Notes: a model not told the origin generated them from the letters alone. 64,000 nucleotides of DNA from an uncultured Klebsiella sp. (GCA_964482795.1 CAYZZI010000013.1:805-64804), one strand, 5' to 3'; positions 26,680 through 35,033 are shown, numbered from the stretch's first letter. A program made the numbers and translations.

Positions 26680-26762
26680 TGACGTCATTGTCTATCATTT
26701 TGCGTATAATAATGAGCAGATAACACGCAATGAGTCGTTGTACTGGCAACCAGCAATAAGGA

Positions 26763-27581
26763 GTGACGGTGGATCTTATTTTTGCATTACTCGTATATCC
26801 TGGACTCATTCCCGCATTGCTCCTGACGTTGCTCTTCAACTTCTTAGTATCACAGCGCCGTTTGGTGCTCCCACCTGATTTTGCGAAGGCAATCCTCAGC
26901 ACCGATGGGCTAGGTGCTATTGTGAGCATCGTCCTCGCAGTGAGCTCCATGGTGTTCATGCCTTGGCCATTCAATGGTGCATATAGCAACGTTGCTGGTC
27001 CACTCTTGATGTGGGCTGCGCTTGAGGCTGCATTTTTGATACCGTCGCTTGTGGCCCAAACGTCGTCATCGCCGATGGTCGTACGCGGCGCTGCCCGTTC
27101 GCTCCAGATTGGGCTGGCTGGTCGTATTGTAATTTGGTGTGCGTTTGGTGTGCTGTACTGGGCCAATCAAACCTGGAGTTGGAGTGCCACACCCGCCATT
27201 GTCCTAGCGTGGGTCTCCGGGTTACTCGCACTTCCGGCAGCCATCGGCGTCGGCATGTTCCGCAACGACACAGCACTCACCGGCGTCATCACCACGGGTC
27301 TCAATATTTCGACGGTGGCCCTAATGCAAATTGCAGCTGACGTACGCGCCACCGCACTTGTGGTGATGATTACGTCGAGTCTCATCCCCTTTGAAATCGG
27401 CAGTGATTTTGTGCGCCTTATCGGCATTCTGCTGAGTACCGTGCTCTCGATGGTAATTATCCGGGTAATGATTCGCAACCAGCCATTTGTCACTCTGGCA
27501 TCGGCGTTACGATGGTGTTGGTGGCGAGCGTTGCCACCGTCATTAGTTGCCCTGGTCTATCTACAGTTTTTTGTGTCGTAA
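26763..27581 (+). CDS. NuoH/EchB/HycD-like membrane subunit, strongly divergent
   Basis: SSSPMVVRGAARSLQIGLAG is close to SxYxxxGxxRxxAQxxSYE. RVMIRNQPFVTLASALRWCWWRALPPSL is close to RxxxPRxRxDQxxxxxWxxxLP. The start is GTG 26763, or GTG 26769, which is better spaced from AAGGAG at 26757-26762. Confidence 0.55.
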   Translation: MTVDLIFALLVYPGLIPALLLTLLFNFLVSQRRLVLPPDFAKAILSTDGLGAIVSIVLAVSSMVFMPWPFNGAYSNVAGPLLMWAALEAAFLIPSLVAQTSSSPMVVRGAARSLQIGLAGRIVIWCAFGVLYWANQTWSWSATPAIVLAWVSGLLALPAAIGVGMFRNDTALTGVITTGLNISTVALMQIAADVRATALVVMITSSLIPFEIGSDFVRLIGILLSTVLSMVIIRVMIRNQPFVTLASALRWCWWRALPPSLVALVYLQFFVS

Positions 27582-27599
27582 CGTAAAGCGGTAGGTGAT

Positions 27600-28565
27600 A
27601 TGCATCTGGTTCGCATCAAACAGCTCAGCGTTGCCGATACACCGATTCGTTCGGTATCGTTGCATATTCCTGCGCATCGGTGTTACGGCATTATCGGCGC
27701 GAGTGGGAGTGGCAAAAGTACGTTACTCAACATCATCGCTGGGCTCGACGGCCTTGCATCACGCCATGTGTCGATTGATGGACTTTCTGCAAATCAGATG
27801 ACCCGGCAGATTGGCATGGTTTCACCACGCATTCAATTTGCTCCCGATATACGCGTTGAAGAGCTCTTACTGCAGCATGCCAGCCTGTATCACTCGAGTA
27901 ACGACGACATCCAACAGCACTTTCAACTGGTTGTACGGTTGTGTGCGCTTAGCACGATTGTGCTGCAACCGATTCGTGCGCTTTCAGTATTCAATCAACG
28001 TCGTGTGGCGTTTGCGGTGGCACTCATCCAACAGCCAACACTCTTGCTCGTTGACGAGCCTACGATTGGGTTAACGGCAAGCGAGCAAAAAGTCATGATT
28101 GACTTAATCGAGGGCTTGCGCGATCGCAACATGACGATTGTGATTGCCACCCGCGGGGATGCACCACTTGATCCACTCTTTGATATGATTGGGGTGCTTG
28201 CCGATGGTCGCATCGTAGCCGAATTGGACCACAGTCACATTCGAGCGCTACCGCGCACCATTGTGATTCGCACCGATGGCATTCCAACCGCTGCGTACGA
28301 ACATATTGTGGCGCTGGATAACGGCATTGTGGTGACCCGACGCAATATTGTCCTGACCGGCGATGGGGTGCGGGCGCTGGCACAGATTTTGCAAGTCCTA
28401 CTCCACTACAACGTGCATATTTTCGCAATAGAACCGCTCAATCACCCGCTTGCGGATCTGGTTAATCAGGCCAAACAACCACAGGTCTTGGCTCATCGAT
28501 ACCCCGTACGCATCATCACATCACCGATTGTCGAGCCAGAGTCACCGCAGGAGAGCAACGCATGA
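27600..28565 (+). CDS. ABC transporter ATP-binding protein with degenerate signature and H-loop
   Basis: Walker A GASGSGKST and Walker B LLLVDEP are present. The signature is LSVFNQ instead of LSGGQ, the D-loop is GLT, and the H-loop position reads ATRGD. There is an extra C-terminal domain of about 100 aa. Confidence 0.8.
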   Translation: MHLVRIKQLSVADTPIRSVSLHIPAHRCYGIIGASGSGKSTLLNIIAGLDGLASRHVSIDGLSANQMTRQIGMVSPRIQFAPDIRVEELLLQHASLYHSSNDDIQQHFQLVVRLCALSTIVLQPIRALSVFNQRRVAFAVALIQQPTLLLVDEPTIGLTASEQKVMIDLIEGLRDRNMTIVIATRGDAPLDPLFDMIGVLADGRIVAELDHSHIRALPRTIVIRTDGIPTAAYEHIVALDNGIVVTRRNIVLTGDGVRALAQILQVLLHYNVHIFAIEPLNHPLADLVNQAKQPQVLAHRYPVRIITSPIVEPESPQESNA

Positions 28566-29293
28566 CGCCGCTATTTCGCATTATCCTGATGGAGCATATA
28601 CGCAGTCAGCGCATTCTGATTGAACTCATCATCGGCGCAGTCATGGCATTTTTTGTGTTGCGGAACTTGAGCGATGCACAGGCCGTTCATGCGTCACTCG
28701 TGCTCTACGCCTTTTTGGTATCGCTCTACACCACATCAGTCATCGCCGATAGTAGCGAACAACCGCATGCCATTCAACGCATTCTCGCATTGCCCACACG
28801 CCACCTACTCTTGCAGGCCATAGGTGTGAGTGTGACCACCATCACTATTGCCTCCTACGTGGTACTCGTGGGCGTTGGCATGCTGCTCAATCCACTAGCG
28901 ATGCCGGCACTACTGACCCTGCTTTTGGGGCTCCCAAGTCTCTTGCTGTTAATTGTGACAGCAATCGTACTGATGCTCCTGATGACGCCACTCGTTGCCT
29001 CAACCACACAACGCATCATCATCCTTGCCATCATCACCGTTCCCATGGCGTGGAATATCGTCGTATCGACCGTAAGCCTGTCAATGCCATTCGTTGACGG
29101 CACCATCGTCGCTGCCATAACAACAGTGTGGGGTATACTGTTGTGGCCGAGTTTTGCGGTCTATAATCATGCAATTCACCCTGACTACAATATCCTCACG
29201 ATACTTTTGCATCTCATCCATGTATGCCTTCTTGTGGGCATGGCGCGCGTTGGCAGGCACTGGTTTGCGCACAAATCACTGACCATCGCCTAA
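28562..29293 (+). CDS. Six-TM membrane protein, ABC-2-type permease-like partner
   Basis: The start overlaps the ATPase stop (ATGA). 243 aa with about 6 hydrophobic segments. No specific motif recognised. Confidence 0.5.
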   Translation: MTPLFRIILMEHIRSQRILIELIIGAVMAFFVLRNLSDAQAVHASLVLYAFLVSLYTTSVIADSSEQPHAIQRILALPTRHLLLQAIGVSVTTITIASYVVLVGVGMLLNPLAMPALLTLLLGLPSLLLLIVTAIVLMLLMTPLVASTTQRIIILAIITVPMAWNIVVSTVSLSMPFVDGTIVAAITTVWGILLWPSFAVYNHAIHPDYNILTILLHLIHVCLLVGMARVGRHWFAHKSLTIA

Positions 29294-29302
29294 TACACAC
29301 AG

Positions 29303-29342
29303 CATGAGCCCGCGACCTGTGTATGCAGGTCGCGGGCTCATG
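29303..29342. terminator. Perfect 17-bp hairpin between convergent genes (end of hydrogenase-like/ABC operon and of ctaA)
   Basis: CATGAGCCCGCGACCTG-tgtatg-CAGGTCGCGGGCTCATG. No flanking U-tract. Confidence 0.65.
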
Positions 29343-29355
29343 TGCATACCGTCAA

Positions 29356-30294
29356 CTATGCTGGTGATCCTTGTGCGGGTGGTGCAGTTTTGGCAAATCC
29401 AAGCCCAATTAACACCACAAAGGCAATCCAGATAATGTCAGACAACAACAGATGGAAAATCTGCAGCGGAATCGGGGCCAGCAGCATCATGTTGACAGTC
29501 CCAAGTACGAGCTGCGCCACGTAGGCGCCAATCACGATATTCGCAGTCCGTGCGATCTGGGGTGTGGGGAAGGTGTTGCGAAACAGCTGTGCAATGATGA
29601 CCATCAAAAATCCCGTTCCGACAGCGATGGCCGGGTGTGCAACACGCAAGCGCAGTAAGAGATTGGCTGTCGGATCAAGGTCTTTGTAGAGTCCATCCAC
29701 AAAACTCGTATCCGGAAATAATGTATCACCGAGTGCGGCAATGCCACCACTCGCACCGAGTAACATCATCATGAGCGCCCCAATCACCGTCCACGCCACA
29801 AGACGCTTGTGTGTATGGAAGACGGGTGCTGCGACACCACGCGCCCACAACCCCGTCAAGGTGATGGCGGCGAGGAGTAATAGGGTGTTTACGAGATGCG
29901 CTGCCATGGAGAAGGCACGCGTCAGCGATGCATTGTGTGCCACCAGCTCAAAGATGACAAGCATTGCACCAATTAACGCTTCGATAATCACAAAAATTAA
30001 CGTGGCTACTGCCCCTTTGCGCACAATGTCACCCTTGGGGTACAGCACGAAGGCTCTGTAGGTCATCCAGCCAATCATGAACAACAACAATCCACTCGTA
30101 AGGCGATGCGATAGTTCAATGATGGTCTCTACCTCAGGGGCACGTGGGACGACTTCGCCATTACACAACGGCCAATGGTCACCACATCCTGCGCCAGAAC
30201 CGGTCGCACGGACCACGGCTCCCCACAAAATAACGACTATCGTATACAACAGAACGATCCAAATATAGCGTTCATATCGCTTTCGTGCATCCAT
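29356..30294 (-). CDS. ctaA: Heme A synthase (COX15/CtaA family)
   Basis: YTIVVILWGAVVRATGSGAGCGDHWPLCNGEVVP...ELSHRL, plus a second half with a conserved His (VAHPAI). Confidence 0.85.
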   Translation of the reverse strand: MDARKRYERYIWIVLLYTIVVILWGAVVRATGSGAGCGDHWPLCNGEVVPRAPEVETIIELSHRLTSGLLLFMIGWMTYRAFVLYPKGDIVRKGAVATLIFVIIEALIGAMLVIFELVAHNASLTRAFSMAAHLVNTLLLLAAITLTGLWARGVAAPVFHTHKRLVAWTVIGALMMMLLGASGGIAALGDTLFPDTSFVDGLYKDLDPTANLLLRLRVAHPAIAVGTGFLMVIIAQLFRNTFPTPQIARTANIVIGAYVAQLVLGTVNMMLLAPIPLQIFHLLLSDIIWIAFVVLIGLGFAKTAPPAQGSPA

Positions 30295-30422
30295 TTGTTA
30301 CCCCTATCACAAGCTCAACCCGCACGCTATTGTAGCCGAGAGCCGAAAAACGTGCAACTACCATGCTACACGCAGCCCCAAGCGACTGAAGGTTCTTCAA
30401 CAGCGTATACCAACATGTTAGA

Positions 30423-30950
30423 ATGCGTAGTATGAATACACAATCGGCATTCCAGATTACCACCTCTTCGGTGCAACAAACAATCGCATTCGGTACACTC
30501 CTCGGACAACACCTGCAGCGAGGCGACATGGTCCTCCTCTCTGGCGATTTGGGTGCCGGCAAAACCCATCTTACCAAGGGAATTGTCGCCGGTACCGGCA
30601 GCAACGACCAGGTCACGAGTCCGACGTTCGTCTTTATCAACGAGTACCGCACGCCATTACGTATCACCCTCTATCATGTCGACTTGTATCGCATTACCAT
30701 GAGTGCAGAACTGGACAGTATCGGCCTTGCTGATGCAACCGCTGGCCACGGTATTGCCCTGATTGAATGGCCAGAACGCGACCCAGGTCTCTTTGAAATG
30801 CCACATCTTGCGGTGCACATAGACCACCTCACGCCAAATACACGTACAATCAACTGCACTGCCCGTGGTATACGCGCACAAACGCTTATCGGGTTATTGG
30901 CATTGGCATGGTCACCGACAAAGGACGATACGCATGCTCGTAGCAATTGA
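30423..30950 (+). CDS. tsaE: tRNA t6A biosynthesis ATPase TsaE
   Basis: GDMVLLSGDLGAGKTHLTKGI...VTSPTFVFINEY...LYHVDLYRI. An alternative start is the ATG at 30432. Confidence 0.85.
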   Translation: MRSMNTQSAFQITTSSVQQTIAFGTLLGQHLQRGDMVLLSGDLGAGKTHLTKGIVAGTGSNDQVTSPTFVFINEYRTPLRITLYHVDLYRITMSAELDSIGLADATAGHGIALIEWPERDPGLFEMPHLAVHIDHLTPNTRTINCTARGIRAQTLIGLLALAWSPTKDDTHARSN

Positions 30951-31578
30951 TACCAGTGGTGCCATGAGTGGATTAGCACTGATGCGTGATGGAGAACTCC
31001 TCGCAGAGATTGCGTGGCAGAGTGAACGTCGGCATAGTGAACAACTCCTACCACAACTTGATGCGTTATGCAGATTAGTCGGTGTCGCACCAACTGACCT
31101 GACCCACGTAGCCGTGAGTATTGGCCCAGGGAGCTGGAGCGGTATTCGCGTAGGCATAAGTGTCGCCAAAGGTCTCGCACTGGCGAATACGGCACACGTC
31201 ATCGGCATCAATGCCCTTGATGTTTTGGCATGGCCAATGCGGCATCGCGCGCCAATCACCGCCTGTATCAGTCTAGGTCGTGGGCGATTCGCCACGGCAG
31301 AATATCTGCATCCATCCTGGCTGATAGGGGCGATTACTCCGACCAATTGTCATGTCTCGGAGATGCACGTACCAGCAGATCATTTGCTGGTCTACGAGCC
31401 ACATATACGGACACTGCTCCCAGACCACATGGCCCACCACCCGCACCATCATGCGGCATTCCCACAACCACGTACGCTGGCCGATATCGCCACACACCGA
31501 CTGCACACATCACCTACTCAGTCAGACACCATCATCGAACCACTCTACCTAGGCGAACCAGTGCAACTCAAACCATGA
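30934..31578 (+). CDS. tsaB: tRNA t6A biosynthesis protein TsaB
   Basis: MLVAIDTSGAMSGLALMRDGELLAE...VAVSIGPGSWSGIRVGISVAKGLALA. Overlaps the tsaE 3' end. Confidence 0.85.
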   Translation: MLVAIDTSGAMSGLALMRDGELLAEIAWQSERRHSEQLLPQLDALCRLVGVAPTDLTHVAVSIGPGSWSGIRVGISVAKGLALANTAHVIGINALDVLAWPMRHRAPITACISLGRGRFATAEYLHPSWLIGAITPTNCHVSEMHVPADHLLVYEPHIRTLLPDHMAHHPHHHAAFPQPRTLADIATHRLHTSPTQSDTIIEPLYLGEPVQLKP

Positions 31579-32915
31579 ACAAACAACTCTTGTGGTTCGG
31601 TCTCGTCATCATGACCGTCTTCAGCGCATGTCAATACACCGACAGAGAACGGCTGTCCACGGTCACACCGGTACCAGTCATGCGTACGACCCTGCCAGTG
31701 ACTACCACCGTGCAACTAACCACCACTGCAGTTCCGACCACGACTCCAGCACCTGACAACAGTGGTCTCGACGCACACACACCGCGTCAATCGTACCTGA
31801 CACAGATACAGGCTGACACCGACTGGGCGCGTGATACTGCTGATGGTGCACCCGTACGCGTTGCCGTCATTGATACGGGCATTGACCCAACACACCCTGA
31901 CCTGGCTCACCAAATCAGCGCAATGATTGATATTTTTGCAGCGCCATATATGCGCGATCGCCAAGGACATGGTACCCACACCGCTGGCATCATCGCCGCC
32001 CTCCCAAATGCCACCATGCGGACACGCGGTATATGCCATACATGTCAGATTGTTGCTATCAAGGCCATCAACGACGATGGATACGGGAGCGATGTGACTG
32101 TGGCACAAGGCATCAATCATGCGATTGATGCACGTGCCCTCGTCATCAATTTGAGCGTCGGGAGCAGTAATGATGCGCCGGTAATTCGCACAGCCATCGA
32201 ACGTGCCGTAGCGGCTGACATTGTGGTCGTGGCAGCAGCCGGGAACACCACCAACACCACTGAACAGGGTGAAACGACCACGTTCCCTGCCGCTTATCCG
32301 GGCGTCATAGCCGTGGGTGCGGTCGATGCCAAGAACCAGATTGCGGCGTTTGCGCACAGCGGTACCGCTGTTGATATCGTAGCACCTGGCGTAGATATTT
32401 TGAACACGTCGCCATTTGGCGCAGGATATAGCCTCGAACAAGGCACGAGTACTGCGGCACCACAAGTCAGTGCCACAGCAGCACTGATACGCGCCCGACG
32501 CCCCGACTTGAGTGCGCAACAAACCCAAGAACTCATATTGGCACACGCAGTTGATCTCGGCGCACCAGGGTACGATGCGGTATTTGGTCACGGACTATTA
32601 AATGTGGATGGCGTCATGCGCGCGCTATCATCACCCGATGTGCTCCAACGCGGGCATATACGTGGACGTGTTATTGGCGCAGAGAGCGCTCAGATACGTC
32701 TGCAACTCGACGACGAGATAATCACGCTCGACCCAAACGCCCAATTTAGTCGCACCCAACTCCCCGCCGGTTCTGCCAAACTCATCATTACGATCGCCGA
32801 CCAACAGACGGTGGTACCACTGACACTAACCGGTGTCGGTCTCTTTGTGGTTGACATCAATATCTGGATACGCAACGGCACCATCACCCCAGAAGTGCGC
32901 GAACAACTGCCTTAG
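31575..32915 (+). CDS. S8 (subtilisin-family) serine peptidase, lipoprotein
   Basis: The ATG overlaps the tsaB stop (ATGA). Signal and lipobox VFSAC are present. The catalytic triad motifs are VAVIDTGID, HGTHTAGIIAA and GTSTAAPQVSA. The track ORF start at 31230 lies inside tsaB. Confidence 0.85.
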   Translation: MNKQLLWFGLVIMTVFSACQYTDRERLSTVTPVPVMRTTLPVTTTVQLTTTAVPTTTPAPDNSGLDAHTPRQSYLTQIQADTDWARDTADGAPVRVAVIDTGIDPTHPDLAHQISAMIDIFAAPYMRDRQGHGTHTAGIIAALPNATMRTRGICHTCQIVAIKAINDDGYGSDVTVAQGINHAIDARALVINLSVGSSNDAPVIRTAIERAVAADIVVVAAAGNTTNTTEQGETTTFPAAYPGVIAVGAVDAKNQIAAFAHSGTAVDIVAPGVDILNTSPFGAGYSLEQGTSTAAPQVSATAALIRARRPDLSAQQTQELILAHAVDLGAPGYDAVFGHGLLNVDGVMRALSSPDVLQRGHIRGRVIGAESAQIRLQLDDEIITLDPNAQFSRTQLPAGSAKLIITIADQQTVVPLTLTGVGLFVVDINIWIRNGTITPEVREQLP

Positions 32916-34149
32916 CGGCTTTTTCGCCACTTATCATCGCCGCATTGATACTGCTTGCTTCGGTATACTCGCCCGCCAAAAAGAGCCCAGGTTGATGGGT
33001 GACATTGTCGGGGAGTGTCGGGTGAATTCCCGCTGGTTGGCGAAATTGTGCAAATGGAATCCGGTAGATGCGCAGACGTCGGTAATCTGCTAACGGTGCC
33101 GATTCTCCCAACATGGTCACCAAGTCACGCTCCGCCCGACGATATATTTCATCGTCACTCATATCAGGAATACCAAGGAGCGTGGCACTCAACAGGTGTT
33201 CTCCATCCGGCGCATAACTCGGAGCCACCGTTGTCAACTGAACAGCATTGTTCACGAATGCATCAGGATTTGCATTGAGCCAGATTTTTTTGTGGTGGGC
33301 AATGGGGTGCGTGCCATGCCAGTAAATCGTCACTGTATCGAGACCATCAGTAGGCAGGGCAATGCCAGAAAGTTGCTGTGCCACCGGCGCAGCGACCGCC
33401 AGAATTACCGCATCTGCCAACAACACCTGATCATCGCGCAAGCGCACGCCGACGACACGTGCATCTTCACGCACTAATCCGGCCACCGTGGTGTGCAACC
33501 GTAGGTGGGTGTCGTTGTTTAGACCAGCTGCCAGGTGCGCACTAATGGTGCCCATACCGTGTTTTGGCAGTACGGTTCGCCCCTCAGCCAACATCTTAAA
33601 GTCAAACAAAAAACACTTGGCACTCGTACGCAGTTGGCGATCAAGAAATATGCCACCGTAGAATGGCGCAAAAAACCGCTCAATGGTATGTGGCGCAAAT
33701 CCATAGCGTTGTAGGTACTCTATGGTTGGCATATCCGGTTGCTGACGAATCTGACGAATCGTCTGTTGCCGCACCTCCATGCTCAACTTCAACACACGCA
33801 ACTTATCAAGGGTCGTGGCTGCATCTGACCATATGGCCGGCCACGCTGAGGCCCAGTCACGCAACGGATCCGTCAAAATGGTCTGACGCCCTGCGCGACA
33901 AATCACCGCCCCAGGATCAAATGCCTGCAACTCAAGATCAGCAAGTGACAACCAACGTTGTACTGCAGGGTAGGCATCAAATAAGACTTGGAATCCACGA
34001 TCAAGGATGCACCCATCAACAGAATCGCTACGCACACGTCCGCCGACGGCATCGCTAGCCTCAAGTAGTGTGATGCCTATGCCCCGCGACTGAAGTGCAC
34101 GTGCAGCCGTGAGCCCAGCTAGTCCTGCACCGACAATGATTACTCGCAT
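32884..34149 (-). CDS. FAD-dependent amine-oxidase/phytoene-desaturase-like oxidoreductase
   Basis: MRVIIVGAGLAGLTAARAL...LLEASDAVGGRVRS (Rossmann GxGxxG plus EA..xxGGR). The ATG at 34149 lies 5 nt after AGGTGA. The C-terminus reads GEYT...INAAMISGEKAA. Confidence 0.75.
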   Translation of the reverse strand: MRVIIVGAGLAGLTAARALQSRGIGITLLEASDAVGGRVRSDSVDGCILDRGFQVLFDAYPAVQRWLSLADLELQAFDPGAVICRAGRQTILTDPLRDWASAWPAIWSDAATTLDKLRVLKLSMEVRQQTIRQIRQQPDMPTIEYLQRYGFAPHTIERFFAPFYGGIFLDRQLRTSAKCFLFDFKMLAEGRTVLPKHGMGTISAHLAAGLNNDTHLRLHTTVAGLVREDARVVGVRLRDDQVLLADAVILAVAAPVAQQLSGIALPTDGLDTVTIYWHGTHPIAHHKKIWLNANPDAFVNNAVQLTTVAPSYAPDGEHLLSATLLGIPDMSDDEIYRRAERDLVTMLGESAPLADYRRLRIYRIPFAQFRQPAGIHPTLPDNVTHQPGLFLAGEYTEASSINAAMISGEKAAKAVVRALLG

Positions 34150-34230
34150 ATGATTCACCTAATGGATACACGCTCCTCTTATATCATACTTGGATTACTG
34201 CTATGATTGTGGCGTATGTCGAAAAAGCAG

Positions 34231-34239
34231 TGGTATGAT
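34231..34239 (+). promoter_or_regulatory. Extended -10 element TGgTATGAT
   Basis: cagTGGTATGATgtc lies 42 nt upstream of the ATG at 34281. Confidence 0.45.
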
Positions 34240-34280
34240 GTCAGAGATACGCCGTACTCGCTGCGTAATGGAGGAATGTC

Positions 34281-35033
34281 ATGGCACAACCCATTTGTTT
34301 GCAACTCTATACTGTTCGTGATGCAATGGCTGCTGATTGGAAAGCAACGCTCGCACGTGTTGCACAGATTGGATATGCCGGTGTCGAAGCCGTCTATACC
34401 GACAAAATTCCTGCTGCAACCTTCAAAGCCGAGCTCGACCGCCATAAACTGCTCGTCTCGGGCGCCCATGTCGGGATTGACTATCTCCGCGGCCAACTCG
34501 ACCAAGTGATTGCTGATCTCAAACTTTTTGGTGCCAAATATATCATTTGCCCGTGGATGTCACCCGATCAACGCGGTGATGCGGCTAAATGGCGTGCGTT
34601 TATGCACGAATTCGAAGTAATCGGCGACAAATGCCGCGCCGCTGGCATGCAGTTCCTCTATCATCATCATGACTTCGAACTCGCCCCACTCGGTACCACC
34701 AATGCGCTGAGCATTTTGCTTGACGAAAGCAAGCCAGGTACCATTGACGCCGAAATTGACATCTACTGGGTTGCGTATGCCGGTCTGAATCCGGTCGAGA
34801 TGATTAACAAGTATCATGGGCGCGTACCGTGTGTACACCTCAAAGATATGGCCGCTGGTAGTCGCACCTTCGCTGAAGTCGGCCACGGCACCCTAGACAT
34901 CGCCGCTGTGCTCAAGGCAGCTGATGCCGCTGGCACACAATGGCTCATCGTCGAACAAGATAGTTGCCAACGTGACCCATTCGAAAGTGTCACCATGAGC
35001 TACGAATGGCTCAAGCGCCACGGTCGCGCCTAG
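34281..35033 (+). CDS. Sugar phosphate isomerase/epimerase (xylose-isomerase-like TIM barrel)
   Basis: The ATG follows GGAGGA. MAQPICLQLYTVRDAM...IGYAGVE...HHHDFE...VHLKD...GHGTLD. Confidence 0.75.
   Translation: MAQPICLQLYTVRDAMAADWKATLARVAQIGYAGVEAVYTDKIPAATFKAELDRHKLLVSGAHVGIDYLRGQLDQVIADLKLFGAKYIICPWMSPDQRGDAAKWRAFMHEFEVIGDKCRAAGMQFLYHHHDFELAPLGTTNALSILLDESKPGTIDAEIDIYWVAYAGLNPVEMINKYHGRVPCVHLKDMAAGSRTFAEVGHGTLDIAAVLKAADAAGTQWLIVEQDSCQRDPFESVTMSYEWLKRHGRA

Noticed and set aside
26680-26762. Internal promoter (TATAAT at about 26705-26710) in the 83-nt gap before the NuoH-like gene, which would split the operon in two.
   Set aside because: No acceptable -35 element or TG extension is present, and a single hexamer in AT-rich DNA is weak evidence. 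It is kept only as a caveat to the single-operon interpretation.
30417-30432. Possible leaderless tsaE transcript from a TAGAAT box just upstream of ATG 30432.
   Set aside because: The -35 element (TTCAAC) is poor and the choice between ATG 30423 and 30432 is unresolved. There is not enough evidence to report it as a feature.
31230-31574. N-terminal 115-aa extension of the S8 peptidase ORF in the track.
   Set aside because: The extension lies inside tsaB in another frame and is Arg/His/Thr-rich. A proper signal peptide and lipobox begins at the ATG at 31575, which overlaps the tsaB stop.
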